From sequence record NZ_CP137560.1: a stretch of 64,000 bases of DNA; one strand, given 5' to 3'. Source of the stretch: a plasmid. The first letter of the stretch is position 1. Every line of letters begins with the position of its first letter. Shown piece by piece: positions 49,535-58,407 of this stretch. Under the pieces are notes generated by a model. That model worked only from the letters and a program-made list of their open reading frames with translations. It was not told the origin of the DNA and made no database searches. The position numbers and the translations under genes are program-made.

Positions 49535-49694
49535 ACAAAAGGATTTCTCGAAAAGTACCTATAAAATGACGGCACTTTTAACAGCCTCCGTCCCCAAGGC
49601 TGCTTAAACGTATAACAGTTGGGCGGTAGCCTATGGCGGTTAATCGTCCTTTGGGATGATTTTTATGTATAGTGGCTTATTTGCCTCTGTATGC

Positions 49695-50519
49695 CTATTG
49701 ATTGCCGTTATGGTATTCGTTAGGTTTGTAGCCATTGGCATTAGAACCGTTCGACTGTTGTGTTTGACCTCCAAACTGATGCTGTGGATATGTGTTGTGC
49801 TCTCCCTCATTCTGTTTGGCATCTGCTTCTTGCAGGGAAGAAGGATTGCCAACAGACTGTCTGGAGTAGTTTTGCTGTGGAGAAATTCCACCAGTAATAG
49901 CATCGGAAAGATTGCCATTAGTTCCGATCTTACCCACGCTTCCATTATCATTAGATGAAGCCGAATTTAGGGAAGAAGAAATATCTGCCGTAGAAGAATT
50001 GCCCTTTTTGTCTGTATCGGATATTCCATTGGAAAAATGCCCATCTTCCTTGTCCGACTTTGTATCAACCCCCGTTGTCGTAACAATTACTCTTACTTGT
50101 GGAACTTCCGTGTGGATGATTGCAGAGCCATCAGTATTGCGCTTCAATGAAAATCCGTTCTTGAAAAATCTTCCGTCCACATACCAACCAGAGAGGGAAT
50201 GCAGGGTAATGATGCGGTTGTCTCCAACTTTTTGTGAAGAGGAAATCCCCACAGCCTCCATAGCCTGTAAAAGTTTGGGTACGGTCTTGCGGTCTTTATC
50301 CCAGAGTTTGGCAAGTTGGGTATTGTCAACCATACATTGCCCACACAAGATTTCCACTTGTTGGGTCTTGCTGATAGGTACAAGTGTTGTTTCACGTTCG
50401 GCAAGAGAGGCAAGAGACATGAAGCATTCCATGCGGTCAATCTTGTACTTCTTGCAGCGAAGATACTCCATCTGTACATCGGACAGCGTGAAGTAGTAAT
50501 GTATCTTTTGTTTATCCAT
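49695..50519 (-). CDS. IME HTH-domain protein (paralog family) with a long Ser/Asn/Gly-rich tail
   Basis: LAKLWDKDRKTVPKLLQAMEAVGIS HTH. Homolog of 18410-19066 and 32552-33202. Confidence 0.5.
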   Translation of the reverse strand: MDKQKIHYYFTLSDVQMEYLRCKKYKIDRMECFMSLASLAERETTLVPISKTQQVEILCGQCMVDNTQLAKLWDKDRKTVPKLLQAMEAVGISSSQKVGDNRIITLHSLSGWYVDGRFFKNGFSLKRNTDGSAIIHTEVPQVRVIVTTTGVDTKSDKEDGHFSNGISDTDKKGNSSTADISSSLNSASSNDNGSVGKIGTNGNLSDAITGGISPQQNYSRQSVGNPSSLQEADAKQNEGEHNTYPQHQFGGQTQQSNGSNANGYKPNEYHNGNQ

Positions 50520-50583
50520 CTTCTGTAAATTTTGAATATTATAACCATAAATGGCAAGACTGTTTTTCTCAGTAAAGAGAAAA

Positions 50584-50901
50584 TCATCTGTGCCGTCCTC
50601 TCCTTGGGGAAATGTCCTCTGCTATAACATAGAGCTCGCCTTGCAACCTGTCATTAGAATGGCTGCTTAATCGTGAAATGCACTCAATGCAGACAGACTG
50701 GGCAAGAAGTTTTCTTCTTCCGACAGTTGCTTCATCATTGATGCCCTTGTTGGCTCCGCATTGTTCGGCAAGCTGATTGAAAGCATCACGCATCCGAAAG
50801 TAGCCGTTGCCAGTATTGATGTAGCTCACGGCAAGGTCAGCGACATTCGCCAACTTGCTTCTGTACTCCTCATGGGAAATATCGTCCTTCATCATCGCCA
50901 T
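50584..50901 (-). CDS. Small conserved IME protein of unknown function
   Basis: 105 aa, positional homolog. Confidence 0.45.
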   Translation of the reverse strand: MAMMKDDISHEEYRSKLANVADLAVSYINTGNGYFRMRDAFNQLAEQCGANKGINDEATVGRRKLLAQSVCIECISRLSSHSNDRLQGELYVIAEDISPRRGRHR

Positions 50902-50903
50902 GT

Positions 50904-51221
50904 CTATTTACAAAGTTCACTCATGTGCTTGGTCGCTGCAGCCTTGGTCTCAGCCTCGGACATACTGCGGTTCTGGCGCATCCAGTTCAAAAGTTCGGAC
51001 TTCTCAAAGTAGATAATCTTGCCGTTGGGACGGAAGAACGGAAGTTCATGCTTGTGTGTCATCTTGTAGAGACTACTCTTTGATATACCCATGAATAAGG
51101 CTGCTTCCTCCAGTGTCAATACTTGCTTGGCATCACGGAGTAGGTTCTCCATTATCCCAATGCGGTGCTCATGTGACTCTACCTTCAAGAGAAGAGTCTC
51201 GGTGTCGATAGTTTTGTTCAT
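50904..51221 (-). CDS. Excisionase-family HTH protein (xis-like)
   Basis: LTLEEAALFMGISKSSLYKMTHKHELPFFRPNGKIIYFEKSELLNWM. Confidence 0.75.
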   Translation of the reverse strand: MNKTIDTETLLLKVESHEHRIGIMENLLRDAKQVLTLEEAALFMGISKSSLYKMTHKHELPFFRPNGKIIYFEKSELLNWMRQNRSMSEAETKAAATKHMSELCK

Positions 51222-51360
51222 TATCCTGTAATTTATTGTTTGTAATTCGTTGTACTGCTTGTTTTGAAAGTGTAGTCCCCCAAGACAGAGAGAATTCCCT
51301 GCCCGAAAAATGGGGACTACAAAAGTGAAATTTACTGGTTGTTATCCTGAAAAGTTCCGT

Positions 51361-52626
51361 TTACTTGTTATCCTGTAAAAAAGTTATTCTGCGTGGATGG
51401 GTGTTGGTGGCTGCTGTCCGCTTTGTCCTCGGTATTTGCTTGTTCTCCTCACGCTGTTTGCGACCTCGAAAGGCTTTCTTCGTGTTGTCAACAGCCTTGA
51501 CCTTTTCATTCGTCAGCACATCTGCATAGATGGCGGTGGATTTGAGCGACTTGTGTCCCATCAGTTTCTTGGTAGTCTCAATGTTGCCGGTAACCGCCTG
51601 CACCAAAATTCCGAATGTATGTCGGGAACAGTGAAAAGAGATATTCTTCTCAATGCCCACCTTTTTGGCTATCCTTTTAAGGGCAGCATCCACATTAGCC
51701 TTAGCAGGAAGGTGGAACACAAAATCATCATCACCTTTGGGTGGCATCCATGACAAGGCGGTATTGCCGATTGGTACGGCATTGAGAGCCTTTGTTTTCT
51801 TTTGGACGATTACAAGCGTGTTCGTTTCCTTGTTTCTCTTGATGTCACTCCACCGCAGAGCCTTGATGTCGCTTATACGAAGTCCTGTCAGACAGGCGAA
51901 ACCGAAAGCCTTTTGTGTCTCTGCAACTCCTGGACTTCTCTCATCTGAAGCCATGAACCTTTTCAGTTCATCGGGAGTGAGATACTGCTTATGTGATGAC
52001 TTTGGCTTGGGAAAGATGTCAGACTTCTCCAACAGGTAGAAAGGGTTAGCCTTCAATTTACCGAACTTGACAGCCTTGTTGAATACCGCCACTGTGCGCT
52101 GTTGAACATTGTGAAGCGAGCCTTCACACAAAGGCTTGGCTTCAACTCGTACATACTTCTGTGGTACATAGTCGTTCTTCAGCCAAAGGAAGAAAGCCTT
52201 GAACCATTCCTTGTCGAACTTCCTCAGAGTGATGTGAGGTCTGCGCTTGTTGGCAAGGAACTCGCTCATTAGGTATTTCAAATACTTTGACTGGTCAACA
52301 ATAGCCTTGGAGTAGTCTGTATTGTCGCTCATCCAGTCGATGTAAGTCTGGATCCAGTCCATGACTTCGGGAGACTCGTCATTGGGGATTTCCTTCACAA
52401 TCATCAAGTGACCTACCTCTGGGATGGTCTCTGGATGAAGAATACGCTCTGCCCTTATCTGGTGAGCACGTTGCAATGTTTCTTCGTTTCTTGCTTTGGT
52501 CTCTGCATCAACCTCTGGCAACAAATAGAGAGAAAGAAATTCAAACTTGCGCTTGCCACCATCGTAGATGTCAAGATACAAGCTTATGTTGTCGTTGGCA
52601 AGTGCCTTTTGTCTGATAGTTATTGT
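51361..52626 (-). CDS. Tyrosine integrase, second of a tandem pair
   Basis: Start taken at MTITIRQKALANDNISLYLDIYDGG. C-terminal HCSRHTFGIL...LMGHKSLKSTAIYAD. Confidence 0.85.
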   Translation of the reverse strand, partial: TITIRQKALANDNISLYLDIYDGGKRKFEFLSLYLLPEVDAETKARNEETLQRAHQIRAERILHPETIPEVGHLMIVKEIPNDESPEVMDWIQTYIDWMSDNTDYSKAIVDQSKYLKYLMSEFLANKRRPHITLRKFDKEWFKAFFLWLKNDYVPQKYVRVEAKPLCEGSLHNVQQRTVAVFNKAVKFGKLKANPFYLLEKSDIFPKPKSSHKQYLTPDELKRFMASDERSPGVAETQKAFGFACLTGLRISDIKALRWSDIKRNKETNTLVIVQKKTKALNAVPIGNTALSWMPPKGDDDFVFHLPAKANVDAALKRIAKKVGIEKNISFHCSRHTFGILVQAVTGNIETTKKLMGHKSLKSTAIYADVLTNEKVKAVDNTKKAFRGRKQREENKQIPRTKRTAATNTHPRRITFLQDNK

Positions 52627-52657
52627 CATGTCTATATATATATTCGTTGTCAATGAT

Positions 52658-53830
52658 TTATGTGAACATACCGTCAATGAGGTTTATGGCTTCCTCCTTC
52701 TTCTTATCCACGATTTTAGCATAGATTTCCGTGGTCTGAATGTTGGAATGTCCCATCAGCTTGCTTGTGGTAAAAAGGTCTGCACCGAGAGTGAGCATCA
52801 TCGTTCCGAACGTGTGCCGTGAGCTATGGAATGAGATATGCTTCTCTATCCCTGCCGCTTCCGCCCATTTGCGGAGAGCCCTGCCTATAACGGTCTGTGT
52901 GGTCGGTATGTCAAAGAAAGGAATATCATTTCCTCTTGGCTTTGGCAACCACCGCTTAGCCTCTTCCGAGAGAGGTATTATAACTGGCTTCTCCGTCTTT
53001 TGCATTTCCATGTCTATGTATTCGCCCTTTCCGTCAGCGGTCTTGAAGATGTGCATCGGAGCAAGATGGTACATGTCACTTAATCGCAATCCAGTAAAAC
53101 AGGCGAAGATGAAAGCCTCCTTGACCTCTGGGCGGTAACTGTCCGTAGCCATGAGGGTACGAAGTTCCTCAATGGTCAGATACTCTTTCTTGCCGTCCTT
53201 GGGCTGAATGCGCTCACGTGCATCAAGTTCTTTCATAGGGTTGTTGCGAATAATGCCTTGTCGCACAGCGTTATTGAGAGCAGTGGAGAACATTCCGAGG
53301 TATCGGCTTGCCGTATTCTCGCTGATTGGTCTTGGCTCGCCATACTTGATATGGGAGTTTGGGAAGTTACGCAAGAACTTCACATATCCACGGCAGAACT
53401 CCGCATTGACCTCTTCAAGCGAAATGAAGCCTTTGTTGGTCTCGTCAAGATACTTCTCCACGGTGTGCAGCATTTCCACACGGCAATGGAGCGTTGACTT
53501 CTTGATGCCGACACCACCTTCACAATACTTCTTTATCCATGTGGTAAGAAGCATCGAGCCTTGTTTTACTGTCTCCCAGTCCTGTATGCCGTGACCATGC
53601 AGGGCTTTGATGCGCTCTGCCTTGATGCGTTCTGCAACTGCCATAGTCTGCTTGTTCTGTTCCTTGCAAATGGGATTGATTTCGGGAACGAGGTAGAGTT
53701 TGAGGTATTCATACTTCCTCACTCCCTTGTAGTAGATGTCAAGATAGATACTCTTGTTGCCATCTGCGAGCGACTTCAACCGAATTTTAATCGGTTCTTT
53801 CAGCTTTACTTGTTTCTTTGGTCTTGCCAT
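52658..53830 (-). CDS. Tyrosine integrase, first of a tandem pair
   Basis: MARPKKQVKLKEPIKIRLKSLADGNKSIYLDIYYKG... C-terminal HSSRHTFGTMML..LMGHSNIQTTEIYAK. Confidence 0.9.
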   Translation of the reverse strand: MARPKKQVKLKEPIKIRLKSLADGNKSIYLDIYYKGVRKYEYLKLYLVPEINPICKEQNKQTMAVAERIKAERIKALHGHGIQDWETVKQGSMLLTTWIKKYCEGGVGIKKSTLHCRVEMLHTVEKYLDETNKGFISLEEVNAEFCRGYVKFLRNFPNSHIKYGEPRPISENTASRYLGMFSTALNNAVRQGIIRNNPMKELDARERIQPKDGKKEYLTIEELRTLMATDSYRPEVKEAFIFACFTGLRLSDMYHLAPMHIFKTADGKGEYIDMEMQKTEKPVIIPLSEEAKRWLPKPRGNDIPFFDIPTTQTVIGRALRKWAEAAGIEKHISFHSSRHTFGTMMLTLGADLFTTSKLMGHSNIQTTEIYAKIVDKKKEEAINLIDGMFT

Positions 53831-53982
53831 GATGTATGAAGTGTTATTTTGTTTTTGTATTCTGCTACATTGGAGGGTCTTTCTCCCTCTTGTTGAAAGT
53901 TCATGTCAGATATGGTTTCCTATGCTGACATTTGCTTTTCTTTCTCTTCCCTTACTTCGGAAAACTGATGTAAAGATAAGAA

Positions 53983-54023
53983 AACAAACCGAGAAACGAG
54001 AAACAAAACGGAAACAAGAAACA
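53983..54023 (+). repeat. Direct GAAAC(A/G)A repeats near the IME-C right end, candidate arm-type sites
   Basis: AAACAAACCGAGAAACGAGAAACAAAACGGAAACAAGAAACAG, about 150 bp inside the junction. Confidence 0.35.
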
Positions 54024-54028
54024 GTCTT

Positions 54029-54469
54029 TTATGTCTTTTTAAGAGTGAGTTTAGCAAACATCGGAAAATTCAAATTGTCGCTTAAAGCATTGATACTTAG
54101 CGCATTTACTTTCATTTGCTTTCTTGTCTTTTCAAACGCATTTTGTAGGACTAAGATATTCTTGACATCCTGCTCCTCGTTGTTCATCTTCACATACACG
54201 GAGATAGCACCGATGATAGCTACGATACCTGCAATGGCATAGCAGAGGTTGGTGACCACAGGCACATACTTCTTCAAGCTATCTGTAGAGGTCTCGATGG
54301 CTGCAAGACCGGCATCCACATTCTGTGCGAAAGTGGAAATAGACACCACCAAGAGCATCATGGTCAACATACCCATGCGTGGGTTAGAAACGAAAGACTT
54401 GGCTTTCTTCACAGTGGCTGTGGCGCAACGTTTTGCGCCGCAAGCCAAATTACTGATTACTTTGTTCAT
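54029..54469 (-). pseudogene. traE: TraE-like (DUF4134-type) paralog whose native C-terminus is at 42318-42402
   Basis: Signal peptide plus ...NLCYAIAGIVAIIGAISVYVKMNNEEQD, then non-homologous read-through into IME-C DNA. The native continuation FKKSIMLIVGACIFL... is found 11.8 kb away. Confidence 0.55.
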
Positions 54470-54530
54470 TGCTAATTGTTTCTTAGATAAAATTAAATGA
54501 TTAATATTGTTTTTAAATGAAAATTGATTC

Positions 54531-54884
54531 TTACCACAAATGATCGGTTACACCATAATGGAAACCGAAGAATGATGGGAAGACCACCGTGGAAACACAT
54601 AGGAAAATCAAACTTCCTATCAGAATAATCACGCTCTTGGTGAATCCTTCCTCTCCAGTTTGCATCTTAATGTAGATGTTGGTAGCACTATAGAGCGACA
54701 GCAAGGTGGCAATAGCGTACATGAGCTGAGCCACGTAGGAGCACATGGTCAGCACATAGGTGACCATATCATATAGCCTTCCGGTATTGCCGCTATAATC
54801 TGTTGTACCACAGTTGGCCATCGCAACCTGAGAGCATAGAAGCATGAGCAGGGCTAATGCCAATAGTCTAAAGTTATCCTTCAT
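54531..54884 (-). CDS. traE: TraE-like (DUF4134-type) small membrane protein
   Basis: 117 aa with a signal peptide and AQLMYAIATLLSLYSATNIYIKM...IILIGSLIFLCVST C-terminal TM. Confidence 0.55.
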   Translation of the reverse strand: MKDNFRLLALALLMLLCSQVAMANCGTTDYSGNTGRLYDMVTYVLTMCSYVAQLMYAIATLLSLYSATNIYIKMQTGEEGFTKSVIILIGSLIFLCVSTVVFPSFFGFHYGVTDHLW

Positions 54885-54888
54885 ACTT

Positions 54889-55362
54889 TTAACCCTCGTT
54901 TATTTGACTGAGTGAACCCAAGATTTCAGAAGAAGTTTCATCAAATTGCTGATGACCAATTTGAAAATCCTCAATAGAGTACTCTTTCTCAGCATCTGCC
55001 TTATATGTTATCATTTCCTCTTTTGCCTTCTCTATCTTTTCATGAAGTTCTGAGGCTTTGAGATTGTTGATTTCTTCTACCGAAGCTTGCGCAAAGGTGT
55101 CCTCTGAATGAGAATCGTTTTCTTGACTTGGAGATTGTTCATCCAAAGTGTTTGTTCCATGCATGAAACTATCCTCATCAACATCCACAGGCTTTTCTTC
55201 TTCCAAAGCTTCCGGAGCTTCCTGCTCCGTAGTATGGATGATTTCCACATCTTCTTTCTTTTCTTTTCGGGATTCCTTATGACAATCAAGAGTAATGATC
55301 ACCACGTAATATCCCAATAAAATGATTGTTGCTACGATAGCAAATATGCCAAATGTTCCCAT
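54889..55362 (-). CDS. Membrane-anchored acidic protein in the TraD position
   Basis: 157 aa with an N-terminal TM (GIFAIVATIILLGYYVVIITL) followed by a D/E-rich region. It is the first gene of the visible tra cluster. Confidence 0.4.
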   Translation of the reverse strand: MGTFGIFAIVATIILLGYYVVIITLDCHKESRKEKKEDVEIIHTTEQEAPEALEEEKPVDVDEDSFMHGTNTLDEQSPSQENDSHSEDTFAQASVEEINNLKASELHEKIEKAKEEMITYKADAEKEYSIEDFQIGHQQFDETSSEILGSLSQINEG

Positions 55363-55847
55363 TGTAATTTAAATTGTTAAATTCCTGAATACGGCTGCAA
55401 AGGAATAGCTTTTTTCCCTCATAGCGAGCAAAAACATAATAAAACTCAATTTTTAACTAAAATCGGACGTTTTGGGGCAAAAAACGTCTGACAAGTGTTA
55501 AAATTATCAAGATACCATTATGAGATTTTTATCACCTCCAAGAACGTAATGGGAGAAAAACTGTCAGATTTGATAGATTTTATCCTATCTAGTTCTTCGT
55601 TTTGTTCTTGGATGGTTCACCTCAATCTTCTTTTCTTGTTATCCGGGTCGCATACCCATTTACTACCTGCTTTTTTCTTTGCAAAGGTACGGATGCCTTG
55701 ACAGACACCAAACACCATCCCCAAAGGGGATTATGGCATAAAAAACTATTTGGAAGCCTTCCCGATTGCCTTGCAATAGGGTATTCCAAAAGTTTTTAAT
55801 GGCATTGCTTGGTTTTCTGTCATCATTTGGCAACCGTATTTTAAAGC

Positions 55848-55965
55848 ACGAAAAAAGGCATAGTGGTAAAGGATACGCCGGAATGTATCTTTTAAAAAAA
55901 AGCTCGGATTCTCCAAGAACAAAAGTCTTAAAAAGGCAGTGGTTGCAGGAAATCCAGAATATATT
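55848..55965 (+). repeat. About 118-bp conserved intergenic element, copy 1
   Basis: About 80% identical to 61338-61455 (AGCACGaAAAAAGGCaTAGTGGT...CCGGAATgTATC...GAAATCCAGAAT). Confidence 0.6.
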
Positions 55966-55994
55966 TTATTGTTGAACTTTTAAATTTTATAGAA

Positions 55995-56309
55995 ATGGAA
56001 AGATTAATTTCTGAAAATGACCAAGAGTTTGCGGACGTGTTCTCACGATTTGTCAATGGGAAGATGGGCAGTGCTCAGCGAGTAGGGGAAAAGTTGGCTG
56101 ATGACCACAGATTTCTCGTGAATGAGAAATTCAAGGTAGTCATGGCGTTTATTGACAAACTATCCTTCTGTTATGGCAAGGGTCACTATGACCTTAGAGA
56201 CGAGTGGGCTTGTAAGTTGGCGGCATCCATCATGGAGCATTTGGAAGAGCATGAATTGTATTATTCACAAATAGATAATCAGGAAGAATATGACATATTG
56301 GGCAAGTAA
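55995..56309 (+). CDS. Hypothetical protein
   Basis: 104 aa, first of three co-directional small ORFs divergent from the tra operon. Confidence 0.45.
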   Translation: MERLISENDQEFADVFSRFVNGKMGSAQRVGEKLADDHRFLVNEKFKVVMAFIDKLSFCYGKGHYDLRDEWACKLAASIMEHLEEHELYYSQIDNQEEYDILGK

Positions 56310-56859
56310 CAGCTATCGAATCGAGGGTAAGCAAGAGGACCTTCAGCAGATTTATGACCTTTTCGTTAAGTTTGACAAGGGAAGAAGAAAGCCGTTTGAT
56401 GAGCAGACATCCAAAGACTGGGAAGGTAACATCGTTTGGGCTTTGGGAGGTGAAACAAAGGATTATTATCTCCGTGGTTTCATCCAGACTTGTGAGATTT
56501 CAGAGGGACTTTTATGCATCGAGGCAGAAGAGGCATGGGGAGCCACAGACTTCCGCCATTTCCTTGAAAAGCATTATCAAGACATGAGCGTCTATTTCTG
56601 TGTGGAAGAAGAAGGTGAAGAGATTTATGCCACCAATGACATTGAGGGCAAATACTTCAAATTTCGCTATATGGTTAATTCTTGCATTGATGGAGTGGAT
56701 GAATGGGAATATTTCAATACTTCAGAAGAGGCACTTCAATATATTGCCAATCGTTTGGAAATAGACTCCTTAACCATTTCTCAGTTAGAAACATGGCAAG
56801 AGAACCATGTGAATGAGGATGATTACATCTGCTTCAATGAATATAAAATAGTAGCATAA
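56290..56859 (+). CDS. Hypothetical acidic protein
   Basis: 189 aa, visibly D/E-rich (EEEGEEIYATNDIEG..., ENHVNEDDY). Confidence 0.5.
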   Translation: MTYWASNSYRIEGKQEDLQQIYDLFVKFDKGRRKPFDEQTSKDWEGNIVWALGGETKDYYLRGFIQTCEISEGLLCIEAEEAWGATDFRHFLEKHYQDMSVYFCVEEEGEEIYATNDIEGKYFKFRYMVNSCIDGVDEWEYFNTSEEALQYIANRLEIDSLTISQLETWQENHVNEDDYICFNEYKIVA

Positions 56860-56911
56860 ACATTAAAGGTAACGGAGAGGCTAACCACCTCTCCACAAAA
56901 TAACTCATGAT

Positions 56912-57247
56912 ATGAAATACGTAGATTTTACCAAGAAGAGAATGGAACTTCACAAGGAAATTGAGAATGCCATCAAGGACTTGATGAAAGAAAAGGAAGT
57001 GAAGGAGATAGATTTAACCACAGACGAGGATACCTATGATACTGGATGGATAGTAAGGTGCTTTTACGGTGAAAGCACAGTGGAAGAGGTTCAGGTTGCA
57101 GCTATCAAGTTAGATGGTAACACATTATTATATAAGGGGAAGAATACCTGGATAACAGATTCCGATTGGCTTCCATTTGATGTATCAGACAATGTCATTG
57201 CAGGTACAATAGATACAGTTTATGATGCGGTTTTCCAGCGTATCTAA
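56912..57247 (+). CDS. Hypothetical acidic protein
   Basis: 111 aa, D/E-rich (EIDLTTDEDTYDTGW). Confidence 0.5.
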   Translation: MKYVDFTKKRMELHKEIENAIKDLMKEKEVKEIDLTTDEDTYDTGWIVRCFYGESTVEEVQVAAIKLDGNTLLYKGKNTWITDSDWLPFDVSDNVIAGTIDTVYDAVFQRI

Positions 57248-57293
57248 GAATTTGATTATGGGTGGAGGGTGGGGAAGATGGGGGTGGTTAATA

Positions 57294-57345
57294 CGGCGGC
57301 GCAGGCTCATTTCTTTGGATGGAAGAAATGAGCCTGCGCGCAGTT
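57294..57345 (+). terminator. GC-rich hairpin terminator candidate
   Basis: GCGCAGGCTCATTTCTTT-ggatgg-AAGAAATGAGCCTGCGC, a perfect 14-18-bp stem about 50 bp after the 56912 gene stop. Confidence 0.5.
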
Positions 57346-57807
57346 TATATCTAAGATGTATTCTTTGCTGTTGTTTTCGTGTCCTCATGGCTACCTATAG
57401 TATGATACAATCTGATATTTGATTTAATTTAGTTTACTCTGAAAAAAGTAGTACTATATCAAAAGAGTTAGTTACTTTTATAATGTAATGAACCTATGAG
57501 ACCAATGGATATAACTCTCCTATAAGGAAATATCCAAATAATTAATGGCAATGATATAGCAGTTGGTATAGAACAATATTTTATACGTATAACGGAAAAT
57601 CGCAAATGCTTTGCTTTTCGTAAATTTGCAATATCGTTTAAGAAAAGTTCAGCGTTATGATTAATTTCAAGAAGTTCAACAACATCATCTCACTTACAGC
57701 ATACTTCAAAACGCAGTTACATTCCCAAAATTAACTTTTTTGAAACTTTTTTTGTGCTACGAAAAAAGACTTCACTCTCCCTTTATACCTTTGCATCGTC
57801 AAAACAA

Positions 57808-57895
57808 GGAAGTATGGGTGAGCGGCTTAAACCAGCACACTGCTAACGTGCCGGACCGAAAGGTTCCGAAGGTTCGAAATCCTTCTGCTTCCGCA
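57808..57895 (+). tRNA. tRNA-Ser (anticodon GCT)
   Basis: Cloverleaf with acceptor GGAAGTA/TGCTTCC, anticodon loop CTGCTAA, long variable arm and T-loop GGTTCGAAT. Confidence 0.8.
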
Positions 57896-57899
57896 CTTT

Positions 57900-57974
57900 G
57901 GCTCGTTAGCTCAGTTGGATTAGAGCACGACGCTACGAACGTCGGTGTCGGGAGTTCGAGTCTCTCACGAGTCA
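57900..57974 (+). tRNA. tRNA-Arg (anticodon ACG)
   Basis: GGCTCGTTAGCTCAGTTGG... with anticodon loop CTACGAA and T-arm GGGAGTTCGAGTCTC. Confidence 0.8.
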
Positions 57975-57981
57975 CAACATT

Positions 57982-58069
57982 GGAGGTTTGGCAGAGTTGG
58001 TCTATTGCACCGGTCTTGAAAACCGGCAGGCGGCAACGTCTCAAAGGTTCGAATCCTTTAGCCTCCGCA
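57982..58069 (+). tRNA. tRNA-Ser (anticodon TGA)
   Basis: GGAGGTT...CCGGTCTTGAAAACCGG... with a long variable arm and T-loop GGTTCGAAT. Confidence 0.8.
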
Positions 58070-58077
58070 AACTTGCC

Positions 58078-58146
58078 CTATGGTATATGGTAGCACAACG
58101 GGTTTTGGTCCTGTTAGCGAAGGTTCGATTCCATCTGGAGTTTATA
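58078..58146 (+). other. Degenerate tRNA-like element with a TTG (Gln-type) anticodon stem-loop but no pairing acceptor stem
   Basis: Anticodon arm ACGGG-TTTTGGT-CCTGT and T-arm GAAGGTTCGATTCCATC are recognisable. The 5' half and acceptor do not fold, and the 3' end runs into GGAGTTT, which duplicates the tRNA-His 5' end. Confidence 0.35.
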
Positions 58147-58147
58147 T

Positions 58148-58223
58148 GGAGTTTGTAGCTCAGTTGGTAGAGTGCCAGATTGTGGCTCTGGTGGTCGTGG
58201 GTTCGATTCCCATCAAACTCCCA
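58148..58223 (+). tRNA. tRNA-His (anticodon GTG) with an encoded G-1
   Basis: 8-bp acceptor with G-1:C73, anticodon loop TTGTGGC, T-loop GGGTTCGATTCCC. Confidence 0.8.
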
Positions 58224-58226
58224 AAT

Positions 58227-58301
58227 GCTTCAATAGCACAGTGGTAGTGCAGCTCACTTGTAATGAGCAGGTCGTAGGTCCGAATCCTACTTGAAGCTCC
58301 A
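58227..58301 (+). tRNA. tRNA-Thr (anticodon TGT), CCA encoded
   Basis: GCTTCAATAGCACAGTGGTAG... with anticodon loop CTTGTAA, T-arm GGTCCGAATCC and 3' CCA. Confidence 0.8.
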
Positions 58302-58407
58302 TATAAGAAAGGCTTCTCTTCAGGCAGTTTTGCTTGAAAAGAAGCCTTTTAGCTTTTTTGTAAGACGATGTTTTGTTGATATTCGTTCATAATTTCCTCC
58401 TTTATCC

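Larger units (their letters stand above)
42403..54166. mobile_element. IME-C, about 11.8 kb (possibly two tandem accretions): orphan toxin/immunity island, mobCBA, HTH proteins, xis-like, int-int
   Basis: It splits the TraE-like gene at 42402 and 54167. The junction regions share an imperfect, roughly 25-bp similarity (..TCtTGCT..GTTGTT..ACgTAC). Integrases sit at the right end, reading inward. Confidence 0.55.

Noticed and set aside
55495-55975. Small plus-strand ORFs in the 630-bp region upstream of the tra cluster
   Set aside because: They are short, overlapping and low-complexity. The region reads as a promoter or regulatory leader rather than coding.
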